From the human T2T-CHM13v2.0 reference genome, Homo sapiens: DNA of 64,000 nucleotides. How positions within the stretch are numbered: position 1 is the first letter of the stretch; every line of letters begins with the position of its first letter. The notes beneath the pieces were generated by a model. The model had not been told where the DNA came from and searched no databases. It worked only from the letters and a program-made list of their open reading frames with translations. Position numbers and translations under genes: made by a program. Below, piece after piece: positions 1 through 29,830 of this stretch. The stretch is from the NCBI RefSeq assembly GCF_009914755.1, contig NC_060947.1. One strand, written 5' to 3'.

Positions 1-250
1 GTTGTACTTGAGTTAAACTCTTATATATAGGATACATATTAACTAGCATTAAGGAAATATTTATTTGTTTGATGAAAGATTGGAAACAAATGCAATCAAG
101 AGCAGGAAGCACATCTTCATCTTTGTATTCCCCAGAGTGACTTGCCCTCAGTAATTGAACTGTTCTTAATGACAATACCATGGCTTAGAATTTCTCTATA
201 CAATATTTATATGTTCAGTGAAATAATTTTTTTCTCATGAATTTCCTTAG

Positions 251-327
251 AGCTTAGGTTTTGAAGCTTCTTTGGTCAAGAAGGATCGGTCAGCAAGTCA
301 CTTAGATCATAAACGAGAAATAAGACA
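251..327 (+). CDS. ATP7A: ATP7A exon 8 (77 bp), end of metal-binding domain 6 and linker: SLGFEASLVKKDRSASHLDHKREIRQ
   Basis: ccttag| acceptor and |gtaagt donor; joins in frame to the next exon (CA|A = Gln). Confidence 0.96.
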
Positions 328-494
328 GTAAGTACTTTGGAGTGTCAGTAAAAAACAGATTTTGACTCCTTATTACAAATTTTTTTTTGCATGTCAGTTT
401 TTATAATATCATCCTTATACTGGATGAAATGGTCACAATGTATATCTCTCTGTAGTATGTAGAATCTTTACCCATTAGCTATTTATGACCATGA

Positions 495-791
<297 letters not shown>

Positions 792-1019
792 TAAGCAAAA
801 TTTGGCAGGCAAGGTTTATTTTCAGCTACAAAACTGATGTTAGCTAGAAGTCTGATCATTTTATGCCATATGCTTTACAAAAATAATCTTCAACTGGGTA
901 GTTATTTAAGTTGATAATAGATGCCATTTAACCCCTAAGAAAGAGTTCAAGTTTTTTGGGTTTGGTATTTATATCTGCTACTGTATATAACTTTATTTTA
1001 TTTTTAAATTTTTATTTAT

Positions 1020-1185
1020 CTATTTTTTTTTTTTTAGAGATGGGGTTTTGCTCTGTCACCCAGGCTGGAATGCAGTGGTGTAAGCACAGCTCACTGTGGT
1101 CTTGAACTCCTGGGCTCAAGCATTCCTTCTGCCTCAGCATTCTGAGTAGCTGGGACTTCCAGGCACTAGCCACTGCACCCAGCTC
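1020..1185 (-). mobile_element. Old Alu monomer (FAM/FRAM/AluJ-like)
   Basis: Poly-T followed by antisense Alu-arm sequence. Confidence 0.8.
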
Positions 1186-1515
1186 AATGACTTTATTTTT
1201 GTTATTTCTTCCTGGCACTTCAGTTCATTACTTTCTGTATGTTTTAAACTCTTTTTTCGAGATAAACTTTTACTTTGGAATAGAATACTTCTATCAAATA
1301 AATCTTTTCCTTTATCTGATCCTTATAAAAGGCAATAATGATTTTAAAAAACATCTTAGTTTCTCTGTTTTAATGAAATAAGCTTTCCAGTTATATTTAC
1401 CAACAAAAACGGCCAACAGATTTCGTAGCTTGTGATATACCAGTTAGTTTGAGTTTTGGAAAGATGGGTGAGTTTTATACAAAAAAATCCTTGAGAAAAT
1501 GTAATTCCTTTCTTA

Positions 1516-1690
<175 letters not shown>

Positions 1691-1923
1691 AAATATCTGA
1701 TTTTCCTTGTATTATGGAATATCCATTGGATCATAGATGATAGCCCCACAGGCTTGTGCAGCAATTTGAATACCTCCCTCTGCATGTACATCTATTGAAA
1801 TACAAACACGATTGTTTTGGCTTAATCTCCCTTTAGTGTTTATGGATTAGCTAAAAGCCAAAGAAAGTGACTATTGATACTTTAAGTTATTGAGATATAT
1901 ATGTGAATTTCAGCATTTTTTAA

Positions 1924-2193
<270 letters not shown>

Positions 2194-3200
2194 TAAGAAA
2201 GGGTGACATTTGTTAAAATGTTGGGTGGATAAATGACCTTAGTATTTTTTAGGCCAATCATTGGAAATACATGCTTTTATGTAGTTAACCATTTACTGAA
2301 AGACGTATTTTCATTTTGGCAATATTTTAAGTTAAATATCAGTTTAGAAGATTTACCAAATATGGAATTAATACTGTAGATAGTACAGTATGTCTGTTTA
2401 TTTTAAGAGAGACAAATGAGAAATACTTATCACTTATTTACTTACATTATTAATTGAAAAATTGACATGACCACATGGTTTAAAATAATGATAGAAAAAA
2501 TTCACCCATATTCCCTTGCTATAATGTAAATCATTTTCTAATTCCATTCTACATACCTTTCTACTTAACAGAGTTGCAAATGTAGTATTCATACTACTTT
2601 GTACCCTTAACACTATAAAGTTTTTCACCATTTTTGCAGTCTAGATTATTATCTAATATTTCTGACTAAGTCTGTCACATCAGTTTGCTTTAATTTAATA
2701 AACCATTCAGGTGTTTTTCACCATTAGATTGTTTCTAATTTTTTATTTTTAGATAATCCTGCATTGAACATACTCATGTCTAATAGTCATTTCCATTGAG
2801 CTAATATCTTAGAAGACATTACAAAGGATGTGTTTACTGGGTTAAAGGGCATAAATATTTCTCTGGTTCATGGTACAAGTTGTAACAGTTTTTGCCAGCA
2901 GGGGTATGTCAGTGAAGTATTTTTACTACAACTTCACCAGCATTGCATCCCCCCCACAAATTCTTTCTAAGTTAATAGACATTAAATGGTATTACAGGGT
3001 AACTTTAGTTTGTGTTTCTTCCATTAATGGTGGGGATAAACATTTTTTCATCATCGGATGTTTATATTTCCTTTTGAATGATTTGCTTATATATGTCCTT
3101 TGCCTGTGTGTTTATTGGGTTCATGTTTTTCTTATTAATTTATATAATTTCTTCATAAATTATACCTAATAATACTTTTAAAATATTTTGTGTACTTTTA

Positions 3201-3603
<403 letters not shown>

Positions 3604-3736
3604 ATATTAATTTTTAAACAAATTAATATTCCTAAAGCTGTCTTTTGGGTAAATGCTAAAGATTGTATTTTTATTTTAGTTAAGACCTGAACTTTTTCTT
3701 CCTTAGCATTTTCAATGTGTTTGTTTTAATTTATAG

Positions 3737-3862
<126 letters not shown>

Positions 3863-4817
3863 TAACTTCTTAAGAAAAATTTCAAATATATACAGAAGTA
3901 GAAAAAGGACTATCATGAATTCACATAATCTGTCTCCCAGATATAAAAATTATCCACATTTTGCCATACTTCATCTATCCATTTTGTCTGTCTTTCTTGT
4001 TGCAGTAGTATTAAACCAAATTTCAGTCATATTGTTTTACGGCTAAATATTCTGTGTTATCTCTAAAAAAGGATATATTCTGATATAACTATACTACCGT
4101 ACTGTACCTAACAAAATGAACATTAATTCCTTAATGTCACCTAAGACCCAATTCATATTCACATTTCTCCTGTTGTCTCCAAAATGTTTTAAGTCTCTTT
4201 GCCTGAAATAGAATTCAAACAAGATCCATGCATCATAGCATTTGACTATCATATGGCTTATGTTCTTTTAATCTAAAACAGCGCCTCTCTTCTTTCTCCT
4301 CATTGTCCTTCCTTCCCTCCTCCCCACAAAACAATTGACTTGAAGAAATAGCCATCAGTTGTTCTGTAGAATATCCCACAATGTGAATTTATCCTTTGTT
4401 TCCTTTTGGTTTCATTTAACTTGTTCTATAACTCCTATGTTACTTGTAAATTGGAAGATAAAGCTAAAGACTTGATTATATTTCATTCTTTTGTATTTCT
4501 CATTTTTATACTAATAAAATTGTTTAGGCAAAGTTACATAATAAAGAAATTTTTAGTTAAATGAAACCCATTACATTATTTTTTAAAACTTTCATTTTTA
4601 ATTTAATGACTGTTCAAAAAAATAGAGTGCCTACTTTGTGCTAGCTACTGTGCTGTTCACTAACAGTAAGCAAGACTGACATACTAGTTCCTAGTTTAAA
4701 TGTTGGTTCTAGCTTCCATTGGCAGTAATTATGGAGCCACAAGCTTGACGTGAACTAAAGAGCTTACATGGAGAGGTCAGGGTAGGAAGCATATTATCAT
4801 GGTGCTTTTTATGTTAA

Positions 4818-5042
<225 letters not shown>

Positions 5043-5122
5043 TAAATTATGAACAGAGAGAATAAGTTCTTTTAAGACTGTATTAAATCAATTTCCTCAG
5101 ATTTACTTTGTGGCTTTAGTTA

Positions 5123-8165
<3,043 letters not shown>

Positions 8166-8501
8166 ACTATTGAAGACTTTTATCACTGGAGATTATTAGC
8201 TGCTAGAATGCATAACCAAAGGAAGTTGTCTCAGTTTCCTGTAGACTTGATGGACTTTGGCAAATTTTCCTGGGCAAATACCTATTCTGCCCTTCCTGCT
8301 GTAAAGACTGGTCTAATCTGAGCTATGACACGAGTCCAGGTTTTCCACATCAGGGTCTACTCTAAGGGAATAGGCCTGGCATAGTTTTAGAAATTTTAGG
8401 TAACTAAGGCCAATCTGAGGCAGAATCAAAATGATACCTTTCCAATCTCAACTCTCTGATAGTCCTAGAAGAAGCTCAGTTTATGAACCATGTGGAAATA
8501 A

Positions 8502-8836
<335 letters not shown>

Positions 8837-8849
8837 CAAGACTGTGTGT

Positions 8850-9075
8850 TTCTCAATAGGGGTGCTATTGCCAGTTTGGATGGGGCAATTCTTAGTTCTC
8901 GGGGACTCTCTTACATACTGTAGTACAATTCAGTGCCCCTGACCCTGGCACTGGCACACTAAATCGAAGTAGTAGCACCCCCTTCCCCATCCCGTGCAGT
9001 CATTATTACAAACGAAAACTCCCTCCCACATTTCTAAATGTTCCTTGAGAACAGGTTAAGAACCAATGTTCTAGG
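8850..9075. mobile_element. MER20-like DNA transposon remnant
   Basis: tttctcaatagggg...ggggcaattctt...gttaagaaccaatg resembles MER20. Confidence 0.55.
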
Positions 9076-9278
9076 ACTAGGGTGAAACTCTAAAAGTATC
9101 TGCCAACAAGAGCTACCATACAGGTTTTTCCAGTTCAAGGTTTATATTCCTGGCATTGGCCTAGAACTGATATAAGGAAAAAGGGAAAGCAACTTTCACC
9201 TAGGCATTTGTTCAGATTCTATTTTATATCTAGATATTTTTGACAAGTAACAAATAATGATATGTTTCATGATAGTGA

Positions 9279-9479
<201 letters not shown>

Positions 9480-9589
9480 TAACTCCCTAGGAGAAACACA
9501 AACTATTTTCTTTAAAGCCTTCTCAGTATAAATCTTCACCTAGTTTTTACGTTTTCCAATAAAAATTTTAGTTGCATTAATATGGAGTT

Positions 9590-9895
9590 CGTTTGTTTTT
9601 GTTTTGAGATAGGGTCTCACTCTGTTGCACAGGCTGGAGTGCAGTGGCACCATCATGGCTCACTGCACCCTTGACCTCCTAAGTTCAAGCGATCCTTCTG
9701 CCTCAGCCTCCCGAGTAGCTGGGACTGTGTGTGGGCACATGCCACCACACCCAGCTAATTAAAAAAATTTTTTTTTATAGAAACAGGGTCTCCCTAAGTT
9801 GCCCAGGATGGTCTCGAACTCCTGGACTCAAGCTATCATCCTGCCTTAGTCTCTCAAAGTGTTGGGATTACAGGTGTGAGCCACCACACCTGGCC
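9590..9895 (-). mobile_element. AluJ-like element
   Basis: Antisense dimeric Alu. Confidence 0.88.
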
Positions 9896-10019
9896 ATTAA
9901 CATGAAGTTTGTTAAAATATTTCTATTTGTGCTAACTACTAAATATACTCTGCATTCAGTATCAGAAAAGACTTTGATATGCTTCTTCTTCTTATTATTG
10001 TTGTTATTTTTAATTCTAG

Positions 10020-10166
<147 letters not shown>

Positions 10167-10439
10167 TAATAACTCGTTACTATATGCAGAACAATTTGTG
10201 AGTCTTTTGCATTAGTAATTCATTGGAAATAACTTTAATAATTACCAGGATCTTTAAAGGTTTGGAGTGGGAGAGTGATAAGAATAATATTTGCATTTTT
10301 ATAAATATAAAAAATTTCCTTTTGGAAAAAAAATTTTATTATGACTGGTGATTTTCCAAAAGCAAATACCAAACTTTTACATGTTATGCTTAGTCTCATT
10401 TCTGACATGGTTTTGCTTTCACAGAGGACTATAGATATA

Positions 10440-10845
10440 TTGAGGAAAACCTCAGGATTTCAGCTCTGTCATTTACTGTCAATATGATCTTAGACTACTT
10501 AATTGCTCTCTGAGCTTCAGTTTCCTCAACTATAAAGTGAGGTTTTAATAATACCCATTTTGTGTAACTTAAGGTTGTTGTGAAGGTTAAATAATATATT
10601 AGAAATAATTTGTAACTTATTAAATGCTTTACAAATATAAGATATTATTAGTGTCTACTCATCTAGTTCTCTGATGCTGTCTATGGTGTTGTAAAGTGGT
10701 AAAGCAGAACTGGACTGTGCCTCAAATTAGATATATAAACTTTAAGTCATGTAAGTTTTACTATCCTCAGTTCTCTTATCTGTAAAATAGGGAAAATAGT
10801 ACCTAAGATACAGGATTGGAATTAGTATAGGTGAAAGCATCTAAC
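10440..10845. mobile_element. Two MIR remnants
   Basis: MIR core motifs ctctgagcttcagtttcctcaactataaa and ctcagttctcttatctgtaaaataggg. Confidence 0.65.
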
Positions 10846-10849
10846 ATAT

Positions 10850-11280
10850 TGACAGATGCAGGTGACAGCCAAGGGTCCCCCTGCGAAACCCCTGAAGGTT
10901 GAAAACTTTCAAGCCTAAAACATCCTGAAGGTTGAAAAACCGGACTGCTGGTCCCAGATGAAGCCTGCCCTACTCCCCTACCCCCGACTGATTCTTTCTA
11001 AATAATGTCCACCTACGCACTGGGAGGATGGGGTGGGGCCCCTGGAAGTTCACCCCGTTTGTATAGGGAAGGAGTCTGGACTGACCTGTTCCTGGGTGGT
11101 ACCTGGGGTTCAGTCGGTGAGGTGGAGAGCCTGTTAACAGGACTCAATCTCATTTTGTTGAGTTGTTTTTCCTTTTTCCTTTTTGGCCAATAAATTCCTT
11201 TCCCCTCGCCCTTCAAAGTGTCTGCAGACCTAATCTTTTCCTGGTCGTGTGACAAGAATCTGTTCTTTTTCTATAACAAC
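10850..11280 (+). mobile_element. ERV1 solo LTR (MER61-like), sense to ATP7A
   Basis: TG...CA ends; gggtccccctgcgaaacccc and gaaaaaccggactgctgg motifs; AATAAA at 11189. Confidence 0.7.
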
Positions 11281-11441
11281 ATGTATACATATGTGAAGTT
11301 TATGGAAGCATAAGCCTAGAAATCTATGAAAGCCCCTTCCAGCTGTGTTTCTATATAGATCTATAATTCTTGGATGAATATTTAAGTATTTGAGAACTTA
11401 ACCTAACACTGTAAAACTGTTACTGATAAGAGCTGCAGTGA

Positions 11442-16940
<5,499 letters not shown>

Positions 16941-17014
16941 ATATTATTATATGGGATTACAGACATGAGCCACTGTGTCCAGCCCACTACTGTAATATTA
17001 AAAAGTTTCTTTAA

Positions 17015-17892
<878 letters not shown>

Positions 17893-18253
17893 TGAAATAT
17901 GACTAAGGTCCCTTTGCATGCCATGTGATTCTTTTTCATTGTCTTTCAAGAATAGTGTGAAAGGCAGAATTATGGTTTTACTCTACAGAGATTGAGAATT
18001 CTGTTTATTCAGTATCAAATTTTTTGAAAATTATGTCTCACATTTGCAGCTATTTCTGAAAATTTCTAATAAAAACATTCATTCTCAATATGGAGCACTT
18101 ATATTCAGTCCATAGTTTGTAATTCTGGAATCTCAGTATGTCCCAATTTCTTATATTCATAAAAGAAAGAAAGTGTTTTCTTACCTGTAACTAAAAAATA
18201 TATGTAGGTAGCTAGGTAGGATATGTCACTTTTTAAATTGTGGTTTTATTTAA

Positions 18254-18568
<315 letters not shown>

Positions 18569-19221
18569 TAGCACCCCTCACATGTGAGAAACACATACTC
18601 CTAAATTATTTCTCTGTGGTCCATGAGCTGAGCTGCTTCTAGGACTATCCAGAGATTTGAGGTAGGAAAGGTGTTATTTTGGTTCTGCTTCAGATTGGCC
18701 TTTGTTACCTAAGATTCCTAAAACTACTCCAGGCCTATTTATTAGAGCAGACCCTAATGTGGAAAACCTGGACTCCTATCCTAGCTCAGACTAGACTAGT
18801 CTTTGTGGCAGAAAGACAGAATAGGTGTTTGCCCAGGAAAATTTGCCAAACTCCAGCAGCCTTCTAACCTATTTGTGTGTGACTTGTTTTCTTCACTGGG
18901 ACCTTCAATTGCAGTGCCGTTTCTTTGCCTTTGCTGCCACCAGCCGACAGTTTGCAGCTATGACTTTAGGAATATAATCCTATCTCTGATCTCATATTAG
19001 GATTTCCATAATCATCTCAAAGCTACTTGACTTCAACTAAAACCATGTTTCTACTAGTATGTTCTTATTATGAGGATGTAAGCTATGTACAGAGGTATAT
19101 AGTAAACATAGAACATATCTTAGAACAAATCTGGAAACTCACCTCGCCAGAGAATACAGGCTAGTAATTTTTATAGACATTTTAAACTTTGATATAATTT
19201 CAAACTTAAAAGTCGCAAGAC

Positions 19222-20139
<918 letters not shown>

Positions 20140-20436
20140 TGAAAGCCTTTCTTTTTTACCTTGAGGCACTAGAGGCGTCTCTTAATTACCTATTAACAGT
20201 CAACCCTTAAAAATTAGCTCTAGTTGTTTAACATATATTCACAGTTATTTAGCATGAACAAACAGTTCAGCATTGGCAGAGGAGAGCTGTTGTGTATAAC
20301 TAAGAGTATTTCTTCTTTTATTTTCCCGAAGACCATCAGTTTTTTAAGTCAAATTAAGTCAAAGGTCAGTTTACTAAGAAACTAAATAGTCATCTCTTTG
20401 TCAAAACAGACCTTTTTCTTATTTCTGGAAAGGTGA

Positions 20437-20685
<249 letters not shown>

Positions 20686-22172
20686 TAGTGTAGTCATCTC
20701 CTGTAGGAATTCCCCGGATCAAATCTAGTCTGGTGTTTGACTGTGATTTGCATATATAGTTGGTATGAGGCTAAAAAGACTTGTATTTTCTCATTTAATT
20801 GTATGTAACTTATTTCTTCATACAGACAAGTATACAGATGAAAACAAATGAACTATAATCCTATCACACAGATAACTCCTGTTGACATAAAAAATTAAAA
20901 TAGAAGTTATACATATTTGTGGTAGGACAATTCAGATAGTTCAGAGAATTACATAATGAAAATTGTAAACCTCATTCCCTGCCCCCTTCCATAATTCCTC
21001 TCTCCAAAGTTTAACAACTGTTAACCTATTAACAGTCTTTTAAAATGACAGCTTTATTGAGATATAATTCATATACTATAAAGTTCACCTTTTTAAAGTG
21101 TACAATTCAATAATTTTAGTATAGTCATAAAGGTGTGCATCTGTTAACCGTTTTTAATGCATATAGCCACATATACGTATTTATCATCTTTTAAACTTTA
21201 TACAGAAAGGTCATACAATGATCAATCTTTGTTACCTTGCTTTTTTATTTTATTAAGTGAATTTTCCTGTCAGGAAATGCAGATCTGCCTCATTGTTTTT
21301 AATGGCTGTATTATACTCTATAGTGTGAGTGTTTGTTTTTTTTTGACTTTTGCAGTATATACTCAACATCCTTATCAGTTTTTGCAAGTCTGTCTCTACA
21401 TTAAATGCCTATCAATGCAATTGCTAAGTCAAAGGATGCATGCAGTTAAATTTTGATGAATGCTACCAATACCCATATGATGAATATTACCAATATACAT
21501 GAGGGGTTATACCAATTTATACCTGCACCAAAAGTTATGAGTGCTCATTTCCCCACATTCTTACCAACGCTTTATTTTTATTTTCTCAATTTAATAGGTG
21601 AAAAAATATTTACTTGATGGTTTGCTTTGCATTTCCTTAATTATGAATAAGGTTGAGCATCTTTTTATATATGTATTGACCATTTGAATTTCTTTTCCTC
21701 TAACCTGTTTGTATCTATGACCTATTTTTCCACAGAGTTGTTTGTCTTTTTCTTATTCATTTGCATGAGTTCTTTATGAATTGTCTCACATTAATTTTAC
21801 ACTTAAAACGTGGCAGTTTCTACCATTGGTGTTGCCATTTATTTATTTGTTCTTTCTCTTTTACCTATTACCTATTACTGACCTGGCTTCCTTACACCCA
21901 AATCAAACAGCAGAGAGGATGAAGCTATAAAAAGCTAGGAAACAATGAGGGCCCCCAGAACTTTTCGGCTTGCTAAAGATGTAGACTATAGAGCAGATGG
22001 AGAGCCTCCGGTAACTAAAGGCCCTATACTTTGTTACTCTTTGCCCTGTACTGAGTAGAAAACCTGACTTGACTATGGAGTTAAAAATTTAATTTGTAAT
22101 TATCTACTGGAAAGAGCAGAGAATACTGATAAGCTTTCCATGTTTTCTATAAATTTTAGAGAGTGGGATTAA

Positions 22173-22520
<348 letters not shown>

Positions 22521-22683
22521 TGATGCTCTATTCCTTTGTCCTTATCAAAATCCACTGTCAAGTAGGCAATATGTGACAATTTTATTATAAACATTTAGAA
22601 TTAACTAGGGGTTTTTATCTTGCTAATGAATGACCTTGCATTATCAGAACAGTAGAGGAAATCCTTTTGTTTCTGTTTGTTAG

Positions 22684-22941
<258 letters not shown>

Positions 22942-23549
22942 TGAACAGATGGCTAACTTTATAACCCTGAACTGTTATAGAAGAAACAAAAATTGGCATC
23001 ATAATTTCATTTCCTCAAGTCAATACCCTATGCCTTCTGATCATTTAAATTAGTCAAGAATATTTCCCAACTGTGGTCATTGACACCACCATAGGGTGAT
23101 GAGGTCTAGCCTTAGCTGATCATCCATGATCATTCTTTTGTCACTACAACTACTCCAAACCTTTTCTATCTTTCACAAGATCCTGTGACTCTCTCCTTTG
23201 TCCCTCTGCAAATTATCTTATTTTTTATATAGAAAATTATGGTTCTTGGGCATGTGTTCTTACATATTTTTGCCCAGAATCATTCCTTTTTTCAGGGAAA
23301 GCAGTATCCTTCATCTTGCCTAATGAATCCCTTCATCTAGATCCCACCCTCTCTTGATTCATCAGGGACCTCCCTCTTTCTGTTAGGTCCCCTTGCTGCT
23401 TTATTTTTCATCTCTTTCTGTTTTAGCTTCTTTTCTTAAACATATAAACATTTCTTCCATCAAAATCACTATATTCCCATCTAGATTTTGTCCTTTCCCA
23501 TCTATATTCCCATATAGATTCTGTCTTTTTCTTTTATATCCAAGTTCTA

Positions 23550-25110
<1,561 letters not shown>

Positions 25111-25111
25111 A

Positions 25112-27054
25112 ATTCATTTGACAGCTTTTATTGAGCACCTACTGTGTGTCATGCACTGTTCAAGGCACTAAAGAATCGGCAGTAAACAAGATAAACTAAG
25201 TTCTTATTTCATGGAGCTTACATTCTTGGTGGAAGAACACAAGAGAGTGAGCAAATAAGAAAATACAATAATTCCAATGGAGATAGTGCTGTGGAGGAAA
25301 ATTAAGTGGGGCAAGGGGCATAGGGGTGCTGGGAGTAGTGGGTTCTGTTTCATATAGGGTGATCAGGGTAGGCCTCACTGAGAAGGTAGTGTTTGAACGA
25401 AGATCTGAGGGGATGAGAGAAAAAGCTATGTGGATTTCTGTGGCAAACACGTTCTAGGCAGGAGAAATAGTAAGTACCAAAGCCTTTAGTCAGGAGTGTG
25501 CTTGACTTGTTTGAGGAATGGCAAGGAGAACAGTGTGGCAAGCGCAGAGTAAATGGATGGGCAAGGGGTATAAGACAAGGTCAGAGAGGTGGTTTGGGAC
25601 TAGATATGTAAGGACAAAACCAATATGACAGTTTTGAGTAGAGGAGGGACAAAATCTGACTTAACATTTTAAAAGTAAACCGGGCGCGGTGACTCACGCC
25701 TGTAATCCCAGCACTTTGGGAGGCTGAGGCGGGTGGATCACTTCAGGTCAGGAGTTCGAGACCAGCCTGGCCAACATGGTGAAACCCTGTGTCTACTAAA
25801 AATACAGAAATTAGTCGGGCGTGGTAGCAGGCACCTGTAATCCCAGCTACTCGGGAGGCTGAGGCAGGAGAGAATCTTGCGGGGATTCGGGGCAAGGGCA
25901 GAAGCAGGGAGATGAGTTGGTGGACATTGTCATAATCGAGGTGAAACATAATGGTAGCTTGGACCAGTATAGCAGAGGTTGTAAGAAATGATAGAATTCT
26001 AGATGTGTCTTAAAAGGAGAGTCACAGATTTTTCTCATGGGTTGGATATATATGGCGTATGAGACAAACAGGAGTCAAGAATTATGCCAAGGTTTGTGGC
26101 CTAAGCAGTTAGAAGGATGGAGTTATCATTTAAATAAGATGGGGGATCCCACAGGAGGGACGGTATTGGGAAAAAGATCAGGAGTTCAGTTTTGTACATG
26201 TTAAGTTTGAGTACCTATTAGAGATATCCCAAGTGGTGATATCATATAAATGGAAATATGAAGTAAGCAGTTGGCTACATAAGTTTGGAATTCCAGGAAA
26301 CAGACTGAATCAGAGAGATGGATTTGGGAGTCCTCTGCTTATAGATCTGTGGTGTCTAGGAAAATAGCCACTAATTATATGTGACTCTTTAAATTAGTTA
26401 ATTTACATTTAATTTAATTTAAAATTCATCTTTCAGTCATACTAGCCACATTTCAGTGCTCAATAGCCACATCTGTGTGTTAGTGGCTATTGTATTAAAC
26501 ATAGCAGATATAGAACATTTCTAATATCACAGAAAGTTCTCTTGGACTGCAGTGGTATAGATGGTATTTAAAGCCATGAGACTGGATAAGAACCCCAAGG
26601 AGTGAGAGTAGATAAAGGGAAAGAGAGAGTTAAGTACTGAATCCTGCAGCACTATAAATTAAGAAGTTAGGGAGATGAGGAGGGATGGGCAAAGAAGGCC
26701 AAGAAGTGGCCAATTAGGAGGTAACCCCTAAGAATGTGGTATCCTAGAAGCCAAATGAAGAACGTATTTCCAGGAGGGAGTGAACAGCTGTGTTAAATTC
26801 TGCTAATAGGACAAGTAAGATGAGGAATGAGAATTAACTATTAGGATTATTAAAGTAAAGGTCACTGGCTGTAATAATTCACTGGAGTATTAGAGTCAAA
26901 AGCATAAAGCTTTTGACTACCCCAATAAATGGGGTAGGTTCACAAGAACATGGGAAGATATGAATTGGAGACAGCCAATAGAGATACTTTTGGAAAGTTT
27001 TGCTATGTACAGAAGCAGATAAATGTGGTAGCTAGAGAGGTGGGTGAGATCAAG

Positions 27055-27090
<36 letters not shown>

Positions 27091-27560
27091 AGGACAATGT
27101 ACAGCAGAGAAAAGTTGTGCAGGAGTGGGCGGGGAGAATTGTTGGGTTGGAGAGATGTTCTAGAATAGGCAAAGGAGCGGGGGTGTCTAGTGCACAAGTA
27201 GAAAGGTTGGCCTTAAATTAGGAGCAGAATCAGTTTATAATAACAGAAGGGAAGCTAGATACACAGACACAGGAGGCACAGGTAGTTGAGTGGATGCGGC
27301 AATGAGAGCTGTGGAAGTTCTTTTCTGATTGCTTCTATTTTCTTTCTGAAGTAGGAAGCAGAGTCATCATATGGTATTAGGATGGGGCAGGAGAAGTTGG
27401 AGATTTGAAGGGAGATGAGAAGGTATGAAATAGCCACCTAGAAGAAATGGAGAATGAATGGACTAGGGAAATATAGTTAAGTTGCCAGATAGCACTAAGA
27501 GCCCACTTAAAGAAAATGAGATGTCAGCATGATTGTACATGTTCATCTAGCCACATTCAG
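25112..27560 (-). mobile_element. Long L2 remnant containing a 3'-truncated AluS(+) 25679-25875 and MER3 ~26345-26553
   Basis: L2 3' end ttcatttgacagcttttattgagcacctactgtgtg; MER3 motif ctagccacatttcagtgctcaatagccaca. Confidence 0.7.
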
Positions 27561-27914
27561 CTACTGATGCACAGTAAGTATTTTTAAATTTGATTGAATT
27601 TTTATGGAAGGTCAAAGGGAAAGCCTCACCAAGAAAGTAATATTTGAACTGGCTCTTGAAGAATGTGATTGAGTTTGCTGTCTGGAGAGGAGGGATAAGG
27701 ACATTTCAGATGAAGGCAGCAATGTGTGCAAAGGCCCAGAGGCATGGAAGAACAGAGTATGTTCTTAGAAAATTTGAACATCACTGTTGGAGGCTATGTT
27801 CTAGGAGCAATACAATGTAGTGACTGTGCAAGGTTAGACAGGAAGAACTTGCTTCATGGGGTTTTATAAAGATTAATTGAACTTACTAAATGTTATTTCT
27901 GTGCCTACTTTCAG

Positions 27915-28061
27915 ATGCTCTTAATGCTCAGCAGTATAAAGTCCTCATTGGTAACCGGGAGTGGATGATTAGAAATGGTCTTGTCATTAATAACGATGTA
28001 AATGATTTCATGACTGAACATGAGAGAAAAGGTCGGACTGCTGTATTAGTAGCAGTTGATG
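27915..28061 (+). CDS. ATP7A: ATP7A exon 18 (147 bp): [17 protein letters not shown]...[10 protein letters not shown]
   Basis: ttcag| and |gtaagg boundaries; IGN motif. Confidence 0.97.
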
Positions 28062-28377
28062 GTAAGGTTTTCCATAAGTATGCTATAACTCAATGTTTTG
28101 TTATTGTTTTATTAATTTATTTATTTTTGAGAGACCTCTGAACTATGAGGGTTATTCAAAAGCATCTTGAATGCAAAATGAAAATGTCAACAACACATGA
28201 TTATTACTGATTAATTTAAAATTCTCTCGCATTTGCCTGCCTTTGTTACTTTCTTCCCTAGCCTATGTTTTAAATGAAGGCTAATCAAGGATTTTTTAAA
28301 ACCTAAAAATAGCAACAGTAAAATAATAGCAAAGTAAAATAATATTCGTAATCCCATCATCCTAACACAATGTCAGG

Positions 28378-28827
<450 letters not shown>

Positions 28828-29596
28828 TAAGTAAATTTTACCTCAATAAAGTTAAAATCACTTGTACACATACTATTTTATTATGCTTTATTTTACTTAA
28901 TGCTTTCTAATGTTGCTATATAATTTTACTATAATACTGCATAATTTATCAATCTTACACACTATAATCATTCCCCTCTTGTTGGAAATTTAGGCTATTC
29001 CTAATATTTCACTATTGTAAATGACACTACAATAAATATCTTTGAGGTTGTATGTGCTTTATTTTGTTATTTCTTAGGGTAAATTTCTAGTTGTGAGATT
29101 AATTCCACTCTACATTTATAATGTCTGCTAAGTATGAAGGCAGTCTTTTACTATGGCCTTTTTAGGTCTGGGAAGAAGCAGAGAATACCATTTTACTTTT
29201 GTTTTGTAAATAGAATAAAATAATAAGATTTATGGTAATATTTTTCCCACTATAAAGTGCCCATTTTGTCTCTCTCTGCCCCCCCCCCCTTACCTTAAAA
29301 AGAAAAAAAGTATTAATCTTCAGTTTCATTTGCCTATAAATTAGATAAAGTGTTTGAGGCTGTTGGCAAATACCTTTCTGAGGAACAAAAAGGGTCTTCT
29401 AATATCCAGTAAGGTCTCTCTTTTTATTTTCCTGTGATTACTTTATTAGTAACCCCTACCTCACTCTGAAATTTTCATAACCAAATATGGAGGCTTGTTA
29501 CAGAGTTTGTAGTATAAAGTCTGTGTGGGCTTAGAGATATTTTAAGTTAAGCCATGCCCTGAACAACTTTACTTGAGAAAATTCATTTCATTCTGA

Positions 29597-29830
<234 letters not shown>

